Positions 1-7,189 of a DNA stretch of 20,000 nt are shown one piece after another (the first letter of the stretch is position 1; each line of letters opens with the position of its first letter). This DNA comes from an uncultured virus (IMG/VR IMGVR_UViG_3300042503_002724) (Duplodnaviria; Heunggongvirae; Uroviricota; Caudoviricetes): IMG/VR virus record IMGVR_UViG_3300042503_002724; one strand, written 5' to 3'. Both the position numbers and the translations under genes were made by a program. The notes beneath the pieces are model-generated. The model did no database searches. It saw only the letters and a list, made by a program, of their open reading frames with translations, and was not told the origin of the DNA.

Positions 1-793
1 AGACGGCCGGGTCGCCGATGCGCCAGACGCTCGGCACACCCTCAACGACGACCACGTAGGGCTGCTCGCGCGCCCGGTCGTAGTTGTAGAGCATGCGACT
101 CTTCGAGGTTCCCGGGCAGTTGAAGTACTTGGGCCCGCCGCCATCGTTCACCGTCCGTCCCTGCCAGCCCACCAGCTCACCGTTGAAGTGGATCGGCATG
201 TAGAGCCGATTGAGCATGATCTTGTAGGCCGCCTCGGTCGTATATGTGCAGACGCCGATCTGGAACTTAGCATCGAGCACGAGAGGATCGAATTTGCGCG
301 ACCGGACGTACTTCACCGCCGGATGAAACTCCGGCAGTCCGGCAATCGAGCAGATCTCGCCCGGCGCAGCGACCGCCTTGTGAACGAACTCCGCGGACGG
401 CGCTCTGATCGCGACCTTCTTGAACAACCGCTTACCGCCGCCAAACACCATGTCCTCAAGCTGCTCCCGGCGACCGGGCTTGGAAATGCAGTCCTCGTTG
501 TAGCAAGTGGCCAGGTGTGTCCGGGTGCGGCGGTTGTTCTCGTAGTCCGCGCCGTACAGGTGGTTGATCCAGAGGCGGAACCGCGCGTCCTGGCAGAACG
601 GGCAATTGACGCAGTAATACTCGCCCCAGGTGTGGGCCCGTTCCACGAATCTCCCGGGACGCAACGGATCGGCAAAGCGCTGAATGTGAGCAGCGGCGCC
701 CTCGTTGGCGATTCGGATCTCTCCGAACTTGTGCTCGAGCAGGCTGTACAGCGTGGCGTTTAGCGGGTCAACGCTTGGGGCTGTCATTGTCAT
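1..793 (-). CDS. DNA primase, DnaG-like (Zn finger + start of Toprim); 3' end runs out of the window
   Basis: Translated by hand (absent from the ORF track): ATG at 793 after AAAGGA RBS; MTMTAPSVDPLNATLYSLL...YYCVNCPFCQD...ATCYNEDC (Zn finger)...RLYMPIHFNGELVGWQGRTV...PKYFNCPGTSKSRMLYNYDRAREQPYVVVVEGVPSV (DnaG catalytic core and Toprim VVEG). Directly downstream of the helicase. Confidence 0.9.
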   Translation of the reverse strand, partial: MTMTAPSVDPLNATLYSLLEHKFGEIRIANEGAAAHIQRFADPLRPGRFVERAHTWGEYYCVNCPFCQDARFRLWINHLYGADYENNRRTRTHLATCYNEDCISKPGRREQLEDMVFGGGKRLFKKVAIRAPSAEFVHKAVAAPGEICSIAGLPEFHPAVKYVRSRKFDPLVLDAKFQIGVCTYTTEAAYKIMLNRLYMPIHFNGELVGWQGRTVNDGGGPKYFNCPGTSKSRMLYNYDRAREQPYVVVVEGVPSVWRIGDPAV

Positions 794-804
794 GGTTGTC
801 CTTT

Positions 805-2484
805 CTATTCCATGTCTCCGGCAAATGAATCAGTTTCCCAGCCGCGGCGCCGCGTGTTGTCTTCTCGCCCCCCGGTAGGCGGAGTGGCCACGCGCACGTC
901 GCTGCGCCGGAGGATCGCGCGGCTGGCAGCGTCCGCGATGTATTCGTCGTTGACCAGATGCACGTCGACCAGGCGGTCGTCCATGCGGATCAGGCCGTGA
1001 GGCGTACCGCACGGCGGCAGGCCCATGCGGATCTTCGACCAGTAGATCGTCGACACCAGGGTAGAGACGTCGCGCATGTTAATACACATGCACGAATGAA
1101 CGTTCTCCGCGAAGGACTTACTGCCCGATGCGTCGAGGTGCGAGATGTACTGGAACGGCTTGATCTTCTTGCACTCGCCCGGCGCCAACTGGTGGGCCAG
1201 GACGACCGTGCATTGCATCGGCTTGGCGATCGTGGTCCGAAGCTCGTCGGGTACCCGCTTGATGGGCCGGGTGATCGCGTTCTGCTCGGTCATCGCCCGT
1301 GCGTTGCCGGAAGCCGACAGCTCACGCTCGACGAGGATGCCCGCGTAGTCCACTCCCACGCAGCCGATCTCCATGCCACGCTCCTCGCACAGCCGCTCCA
1401 GCGCAGCCTTGATCTCGGCCACGCCCCCTGCGCCGCGACCGCCGGTACTTTCGTTGTAGCTGAAATCCAGAAACACGAAATGCCGGTTGAACCAGTTCAT
1501 CGCGGCCTCCCAGCGCTCCCGCTCGCCGAACATAATCTGGCCGTTGCGGTTCTCGGGGAGGTTGCGGTCGTAGTCCTTGAGCTGATTCCTATCCGACAGC
1601 TCCGCCCAGAACCGCTCGCCTGCTGATGCGAACAGGTTCCGGTCGATCCGCGCTGCAGCCGACCAGAAGAGCTGGTTCATACGCTCCGAACCGTCCTCGT
1701 AACCCACAAAGACCGCGAGCTTGTTCTCGCCAAGGTTGGCGTACAGCTCGGCCATGCGGACGATGAAGGTCGAAAGAATTGTCGTCTTGCCGCCCGCGTA
1801 CGGACCGAGCACGCCAATGACGTCGCCGGGACGCACGCCGCCAATGTACTGGTCGATCCAGGGCAAGCCCGTGGTCAAGGCCGCAGGTGGCAGGACGATT
1901 GGCGCGCCGAAGGTTGGCATGGCGGCCGAGTTGTTCGTCGCCGTGCCGATCGTGTCGACACGCTGCGCCACGCGACCCCAGCGCTCCAGCAGACTCTTGA
2001 TCTGCGTGGGAACGCTGTCTTCGGTAGCGCGGTTGAGCAACGTCTGCAGCTGCGGCTTGATCAAGCGGACGTTCATGAACCGCTTGAGCACGGCAGAGAG
2101 GAACTGCTTCTCGGCCAGCTGCCCCTGCTCGTCGGGAAGAGGCGTGTCGAACGCTTCGTCGATAAAGCCCTGGCCGTCGTCGGCGCCGAACAGAAACACC
2201 ACCTCCTGCGGATTGAGCGTGATGCGTTCCGTCTCGAGCCAGGAGCCAATCAGTGTAAAGAGCATCTCCTTGGTGATCGCACGGAACTCCGTGTGGAGCT
2301 GCCGCATGGCCATGAACAGCACAAGGAACACCTGCTCGGTGCCCTTGAACCGCGACTCGTTGAAATCCACCCGCATCGCGTCCACCAACAGGGACGGGTA
2401 GCGGAGAAAGCCCTTGAACAGGGAGAGGATTTCGTCACGCGTCAGCGGCGTATCTTCGTTGTCTGTACTATGTCGCTCCGTCAT
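805..2484 (-). CDS. Replicative DNA helicase, DnaB/RecA-like ATPase (559 aa)
   Basis: TGLPWIDQYIGGVRPGDVIGVLGPYAGGKTT (Walker A), VFVGYED (catalytic Glu), VGVDY (Walker B), LAHQL; adjacent to primase. Start moved to ATG 2484 (ATGA overlap with upstream stop, GGAG RBS). Confidence 0.85.
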   Translation of the reverse strand: MTERHSTDNEDTPLTRDEILSLFKGFLRYPSLLVDAMRVDFNESRFKGTEQVFLVLFMAMRQLHTEFRAITKEMLFTLIGSWLETERITLNPQEVVFLFGADDGQGFIDEAFDTPLPDEQGQLAEKQFLSAVLKRFMNVRLIKPQLQTLLNRATEDSVPTQIKSLLERWGRVAQRVDTIGTATNNSAAMPTFGAPIVLPPAALTTGLPWIDQYIGGVRPGDVIGVLGPYAGGKTTILSTFIVRMAELYANLGENKLAVFVGYEDGSERMNQLFWSAAARIDRNLFASAGERFWAELSDRNQLKDYDRNLPENRNGQIMFGERERWEAAMNWFNRHFVFLDFSYNESTGGRGAGGVAEIKAALERLCEERGMEIGCVGVDYAGILVERELSASGNARAMTEQNAITRPIKRVPDELRTTIAKPMQCTVVLAHQLAPGECKKIKPFQYISHLDASGSKSFAENVHSCMCINMRDVSTLVSTIYWSKIRMGLPPCGTPHGLIRMDDRLVDVHLVNDEYIADAASRAILRRSDVRVATPPTGGREDNTRRRGWETDSFAGDME

Positions 2485-3215
2485 GCGAACTCTCTCCAAT
2501 GCTTCCTGATTTCAATAGTCGCAACCCGGAGCGCGTCGGTGATGCACCACGGCTCAACGGCAATGTCGTAGATCCGCTGCTGGGCTTCGTAGTCCAGGGC
2601 GGCGTGCCATAGATATCTTTCAATGCCGCGCTCGCTGCCCAGTTGCGTAGCAAACGCGTGCCGAAAGAATGGGCTCGCCGAGACGTACCCCTCGTCGCAC
2701 AGGACGTAGTACACCTGGTCATCGGGGGTCATGTGCAGGCTTTGCGTCCCGCGAATGCGGTTGGCGATCGTCGCGCCAGCCACGTCGAAGCTGTGCTTGA
2801 GCATCTTGGGCAGCTCGAGGCAGTATTCCGTGTAGGTCCCCGGAGACTGCGCGGAACACAGGCGCGCAGGCCGCATGTCGGGAACGGCGTGCGTCTGCGC
2901 GGCTTGCTTGGCGTACTGCACGCCGGAGAAATGCGCCGACACCCAGAGACCAGGGTCGGCGCGGCAGTCGCGGACGATGCGCGCAATCTTGGACCAGACG
3001 GCGGCGTGCTTGACGCCGTAGTTGTCCTTACCGCCGTCCCAGTGGGTGCGCTTCCGGTTATGCACCGGCGCGTCCCAGTCCCACTCGTTCTCGTAGTGCC
3101 GGATGAACTGGTACCGCAGATAGGCGGCCAGTTGCGTGCTAGTTAGATCGAGGTGCCAATCAGGCGCCAGTTCAGTCTCCCCCTGAGCCGCCGCGCCAGC
3201 TTCTTTGAGCGTCAT
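2481..3215 (-). CDS. Hypothetical protein (about 244 aa) between the two helicases
   Basis: Protein-like ORF rich in Trp/Tyr/His; stop overlaps the helicase start (ATGA). First ATG at 3215 overlaps the SF2 helicase end by 44 nt, so the start is uncertain. Confidence 0.75.
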   Translation of the reverse strand: MTLKEAGAAAQGETELAPDWHLDLTSTQLAAYLRYQFIRHYENEWDWDAPVHNRKRTHWDGGKDNYGVKHAAVWSKIARIVRDCRADPGLWVSAHFSGVQYAKQAAQTHAVPDMRPARLCSAQSPGTYTEYCLELPKMLKHSFDVAGATIANRIRGTQSLHMTPDDQVYYVLCDEGYVSASPFFRHAFATQLGSERGIERYLWHAALDYEAQQRIYDIAVEPWCITDALRVATIEIRKHWREFA

Positions 3216-4707
3216 GCCAGTTTTGCTCCCAACCAAGTAACTTGTAGCTGTTACGACGACCCAGGCTCTTCCGATAGAACGTGGGATCAAACGTGTCCAT
3301 GCAGTCGAGCACCTCGCCGAATTCTTTGCGGGTGCCGTCCGGCGCGGTGTAAATGCGGCTTACGCGGCCCGGGCCCTGAACGTCGACGATGTCGCTATCG
3401 CGATCGTCGGCGCGGACCAAGACGCTGAGCTGCTCAAAATCGACGCCCGTTGACCACACGTCCGTTGCGATGACCCGCCGCAGCGCGCCAGATTCGAACT
3501 GGCTCCGCATGTCGTGCTTGTCGATCTCGCTGAGCGGCGTGTAGTCCTCGGGCAGGAGCTTATGCCGCTTGTAGGCGGCGCAGTCCTGGGGCGACATCGA
3601 GCCGTAAACCAGCTTGAAGTCGGGCAACTGAGAACCGAGATGCACCGCATGTTCGATCGTCTCGACGAGGATCAGGATCTGGTGCGTCTCGGGGTAGTCG
3701 CGAACCGCGGCAGCGATGATAGAGTTGCGCTCGTGGTTTGTCCAGATTCCATGTCTTTTGCGGGCAACACGGTTGGAAAACCGCTCGGCCGGGTTGGTGT
3801 GGAGGCGCATCGGCAACCACTTGACCCGCACCGGGACGACCAGTCCCAGCTCCACGGCCTGCTGGTAGGTCAGCTCGAAGACCATCGGACCAAAGAGCGG
3901 CTCGAGGACGTTGTGGGCGTTGTCCATGCGCGCGTACGGCGTGGCGGACATCCCGAAGTTCCGCGAGTGGCGGTAGCGCGAGGCCAGCGTGGTCGAGAAA
4001 TTGATCGTGGCCAGCTGGTGGACCTCGTCCGCGAAGAGGAAGTCTGCGTCGCCGTCAGCGTGCTGAAGGCTGCCTGCGGTGATGATCGTCACCCGCTCGC
4101 GCTGCTTCCAGCCGTCGCCGATCATGCCAACCTTGGGCACGAACCGCTTGAGGCTGCGTTTAATGCGCTCCGCCACGTCGACGCTCTTGGTCACGACGTC
4201 GATGCGGGCCTCGGGATAGAGCAGCGCGGCGGCGCCGATGAGCGTCGTCTTGCCGAAGCCCGTCACGGCCTTGATGATCCCGCAGGGCACGCGCGAAATC
4301 GTCTGCATGCACTCTTCCTGCCGCGCGCGAAACTCGATCCGACCCTGGAGGTTTTGCCACTGCGGCACGTAGCAGTTGGGGCGTCTGCGCGGCGGCGAGT
4401 TGTCCCGCAGCGTCGTCGGGCAGCCCAGTTTCCTGAGCCGCCCGACCATCCTCGCCAGATACCCCGACAGGACGATGACCTTGCCGTTCTCCACCCGGTA
4501 AAGCTTGTACTCCTTGGTCTGGTAGTACATCTTCTGCCCGGTGATCGGATCGCGGCGGCCCTGGCCGCCCTGGACAGCTTCCATGTGCTCGTAGCGCAGA
4601 TCGTGCGTAAGGCGCTTGAGCAGCGTGGGCTCGAGCGGCCCGCCGTCGGCCGCCGAAAGCGTGAGCACGTTTGCACTGCGCGTGATCAGGACGTTTTGCA
4701 GCGGCAT
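3172..4707 (-). CDS. Superfamily 2 DExH helicase (UvsW/XPB-like, 511 aa)
   Basis: RARQEE (Q motif), AVTGFGKTT (I), DEVH (II), SAT (III), TDVWSTGVDF (V), QGPGRVSR (VI). Start set at ATG 4707, 1 nt after the upstream stop. Confidence 0.92.
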   Translation of the reverse strand: MPLQNVLITRSANVLTLSAADGGPLEPTLLKRLTHDLRYEHMEAVQGGQGRRDPITGQKMYYQTKEYKLYRVENGKVIVLSGYLARMVGRLRKLGCPTTLRDNSPPRRRPNCYVPQWQNLQGRIEFRARQEECMQTISRVPCGIIKAVTGFGKTTLIGAAALLYPEARIDVVTKSVDVAERIKRSLKRFVPKVGMIGDGWKQRERVTIITAGSLQHADGDADFLFADEVHQLATINFSTTLASRYRHSRNFGMSATPYARMDNAHNVLEPLFGPMVFELTYQQAVELGLVVPVRVKWLPMRLHTNPAERFSNRVARKRHGIWTNHERNSIIAAAVRDYPETHQILILVETIEHAVHLGSQLPDFKLVYGSMSPQDCAAYKRHKLLPEDYTPLSEIDKHDMRSQFESGALRRVIATDVWSTGVDFEQLSVLVRADDRDSDIVDVQGPGRVSRIYTAPDGTRKEFGEVLDCMDTFDPTFYRKSLGRRNSYKLLGWEQNWHDAQRSWRGGSGGD

Positions 4708-4708
4708 G

Positions 4709-5206
4709 TCAACCTGCGTCGATTGCGGGCCCGGCGACGGGCTCGATTGAAACAACTTCAAATGTCCCATACTTCTCACTGTCGTTGTTAAATGGTGAAA
4801 ACCCCTTGTACTTGCCGACCAACGTTAAAAGATGCTCGAGGTCGGACAGGGTGATCTCGTCTGGCAGTACAGCAGACACGACCGCCGTGTCGCCCGGACG
4901 AAAAGCCTCGTGAACCACGAAATGACTCTTGGGCTGCGGCCCGCCCTGGGTGACCACTGTGCGCCGCCAGTCGTTGCACGGCTCTCCGCTGATTACCGGA
5001 CACCAGTCAATCTTCTTGACCGCCGCCTGGTGCCGGTTGGCCAGCTTTGCCGCATAGCGCATCAGGCTGGCCCAGGCAGCGGGCATGAACATCACCCGCC
5101 CGTTGGGATCGCGCTCGAACGCGAATACAACCTGGCTGTGCCTGCGGCGCTTGGCGGCGCCAAGGCAAGCCCTGTTGAAACGGAGAGTGATCGTGACTTC
5201 TTGCAT
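4709..5206 (-). CDS. Putative stand-alone RAMP-superfamily (Cas7/Csm3-like) protein, 165 aa
   Basis: Motif order matches RAMPs: first strand plus Gly (VTITLRFNRACLG), FERDPNGRVMF then helix (WASLMRYAA), HEAFRPGDTAVVSAVL, helix (LEHLLTLVG), and a C-terminal G-loop-like segment (GKYKGFSPF...YGTFEVVSIE). Recognised by eye only. Confidence 0.6.
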   Translation of the reverse strand: MQEVTITLRFNRACLGAAKRRRHSQVVFAFERDPNGRVMFMPAAWASLMRYAAKLANRHQAAVKKIDWCPVISGEPCNDWRRTVVTQGGPQPKSHFVVHEAFRPGDTAVVSAVLPDEITLSDLEHLLTLVGKYKGFSPFNNDSEKYGTFEVVSIEPVAGPAIDAG

Positions 5207-5211
5207 AGATA

Positions 5212-5589
5212 TCAATGGCCCATGGCTGCGCGCAGCGCCGCGACCGCCGCGGTGAGATAGCGCATCCGCTCTTCGGGGTCGAAGACGCCGTCGCCGCGTG
5301 GTTCCGCCTCGTAGACCGTCGTCCCGCTAGGGAAAAGGTCGGCCCGGAACCAGCCGCGCCGCAGACGAAGATACCCAACCTGCTGGTCCTTGGCGTCAAA
5401 CACGGTGTACTGCTCTGGGCACCCGCCGCACGTGCAGACGAGTTTGTAGCCGTCGATGATCTGGTCTTCAGGCCATTTGGTTTCGACGCCAAACGACTGT
5501 TCAAGCTGCGCCATCGCGTCCAAAGCGGCGAGCTTAATCACGGCGTCGGTAGACAACTGTGGCACCTCGTTGTTGTTTTCAGCGCTCAT
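5212..5589 (-). CDS. Conserved phage hypothetical protein (125 aa) with CxxCPEQY motif
   Basis: TCGGCPEQY...VGYLRLRRGWF...GDGVF...ERMRYL pattern recalled from uncharacterised phage proteins; ATG 5589 in ATGA overlap with the upstream gene. Confidence 0.75.
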   Translation of the reverse strand: MSAENNNEVPQLSTDAVIKLAALDAMAQLEQSFGVETKWPEDQIIDGYKLVCTCGGCPEQYTVFDAKDQQVGYLRLRRGWFRADLFPSGTTVYEAEPRGDGVFDPEERMRYLTAAVAALRAAMGH

Positions 5590-5861
5590 ATTTTTTTCTC
5601 GCGTTGTCGCGGTGTTAAGGCTGCGGCATTTGCGCACGCCTTTTCGTAATCAATTTCGCCGCCGCGAGCACAATCGTCGCAAACGATTACCCAGGGGCCG
5701 GTGTTATACGCAACCCGCGCCTTGTCTTCAGGCACTCGTACTGCGTCGCGGCGCCGGTAACAAAAAGCACGGCGATACCGCGAATTGGGAATAGGCGGAA
5801 ATGTTGCGTTAAACGCCGCTTCCGCAAATTTCTTGAGTGCTTTGTTTGTTAAACGTGTCAT
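5586..5861 (-). CDS. Small basic hypothetical protein (91 aa) with CDDC motif
   Basis: ATGA overlaps at both ends (5858-5861 and 5586-5589) fill the gap exactly. Confidence 0.65.
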   Translation of the reverse strand: MTRLTNKALKKFAEAAFNATFPPIPNSRYRRAFCYRRRDAVRVPEDKARVAYNTGPWVIVCDDCARGGEIDYEKACANAAALTPRQREKKI

Positions 5862-6241
5862 GGCGTGCCTGGTCGTTGCGGCAAAATTTGTGGCGTTATC
5901 GTCGGTCGATTTTTGGGCGCCGTTTTCGAAAGCGCGGCGGAGTCGACGACGAAGGACGGGTCACCGGGCTGAAAGGTGCGGACCGCGTCCAGCATTTGCT
6001 CGATTTGTCGCTGCTCCTCGTCATACCGAAGCACGGCCTGCGCGTCGAACACGTCGGGCGCCGTGACCGCTGCCGCATGCAGGTCAAACGGCAACGGAAA
6101 ATGCCGCAGAATACGCCGAGCTTCGGCGCGGACGGCCGCAGGCACCCGCTTGATTCCGTCTTTTGCGTACGGGCTTGCCAGCCGCGTAAGAAACTGCGCC
6201 GCGTAGATGACCGCTCGCGTGCGTTGATCTGGCAGTGTCAT
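5858..6241 (-). CDS. BPSL0761-family-like small protein (127 aa)
   Basis: MTLPDQRTRAV...FLTRL...VRAEARRILRHFP resembles the family N-terminal pattern as I recall it; strong AAGGAGG RBS at 6246-6252. Confidence 0.7.
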   Translation of the reverse strand: MTLPDQRTRAVIYAAQFLTRLASPYAKDGIKRVPAAVRAEARRILRHFPLPFDLHAAAVTAPDVFDAQAVLRYDEEQRQIEQMLDAVRTFQPGDPSFVVDSAALSKTAPKNRPTITPQILPQRPGTP

Positions 6242-6256
6242 TGCCCCTCCTTCTGT

Positions 6257-7189
6257 TCAGCGTTTCATGTGGAGTTCGTAGGTCGCGCGTTCGGCCGGAG
6301 TCTTGAAGAACAACTCCGGCGCGAACAACCCGTCCTTGGCGCCCTTGCGCATGTCCGCAGCGTCGAGCCAGTTGTAGCGCAGGTATCGGATGAACGCCTG
6401 GCTCCCACGCAGGTCGCCGCGTACACCCGCCCCCGAGGCTTTGTAAATGCGATAGAGGAAATTGCGCGGATCGGTCAGGTCCACGGCGCCCGGATGCTGC
6501 GTCTTCCAGGCCTCGAGCACCGTGGCGCAGCGCAACTCGCGCGATTTGATCAGCAGAGCCGAGGAGTCAGAAACGCGGCGCTGTATTCGCGGCGTGAGCC
6601 CCAAATACAGCTCGAGTTTGCCCTGTCGTTCCGGTGCGCGACGATCGACGTACCACCGCGGGTCAACGATCGTCTTGATGACCTGCGCCACATGCGGCGG
6701 CGACAGCGTCGGAAGCAGCGACAACGCCCGGTAGGCGGGATGAGTGCGAAGGTACGCGGTAGACAGCTGATCAAGATGCCCGCCCGACCGCTCGAGTCGT
6801 CCGATCAGCGCGTACGTCCAATAATCGGCGTCGGTCGCCGTATGCCAGCCGCCGCAGGCGCTGGTCAGCTGCGTCGTCCGCATCCGATACACGACGGTCT
6901 CTGGATCGGCCAGCTCAGCGAGATTTTCGCAGACGTTTGGCCCGGCAATCTCGAGACTGGCTACTTCGTTCTGGCGACGGCGCAAATAGAACGCAATGAA
7001 CAACTCGGCGTTCTGCGGCACGCCGAGCAGCCGGATATGCATGCTCTGACCGTTGACAATTTTTGAGCGCAGAAACGTGTCTGCGATTTGTCCCGAGTTT
7101 TGCGTCGTGCCGATGCCCACCGAATACCACACGTGGCCGTCATGGTCGGTGTGGAGCTTGATCGAGTTTTCATCCGTTGGTAGTTGCAT
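6257..7189 (-). CDS. IS110/Nop-domain-like protein (Tas-like), probably with degenerate N-terminal RuvC-like region, 310 aa
   Basis: HPAYRALSLLPTLSPPHVAQVIKTIVDPRWY...KLELYLGLTP matches the IS110 C-terminal/Nop pattern (L..ipGig...aa.l...igd..rF....kl..Y.GL.P); C-terminal LRGSQAFIRYLRYNW resembles the terminal helix. No SG motif after GLxP and no intact DEDD set seen. Confidence 0.6.
   Translation of the reverse strand: MQLPTDENSIKLHTDHDGHVWYSVGIGTTQNSGQIADTFLRSKIVNGQSMHIRLLGVPQNAELFIAFYLRRRQNEVASLEIAGPNVCENLAELADPETVVYRMRTTQLTSACGGWHTATDADYWTYALIGRLERSGGHLDQLSTAYLRTHPAYRALSLLPTLSPPHVAQVIKTIVDPRWYVDRRAPERQGKLELYLGLTPRIQRRVSDSSALLIKSRELRCATVLEAWKTQHPGAVDLTDPRNFLYRIYKASGAGVRGDLRGSQAFIRYLRYNWLDAADMRKGAKDGLFAPELFFKTPAERATYELHMKR

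Noticed and set aside
4600..6260. GGY/NN pentamer-repeat guide RNA next to the RAMP-like gene
   Set aside because: Flanks are fully occupied by coupled ORFs and no 5-nt periodic GGY (or RCC) tract was visible by eye.
6257..7189. Active IS110 insertion sequence
   Set aside because: No non-coding ends, the gene is embedded in the operon, and catalytic motifs are not recognisable.
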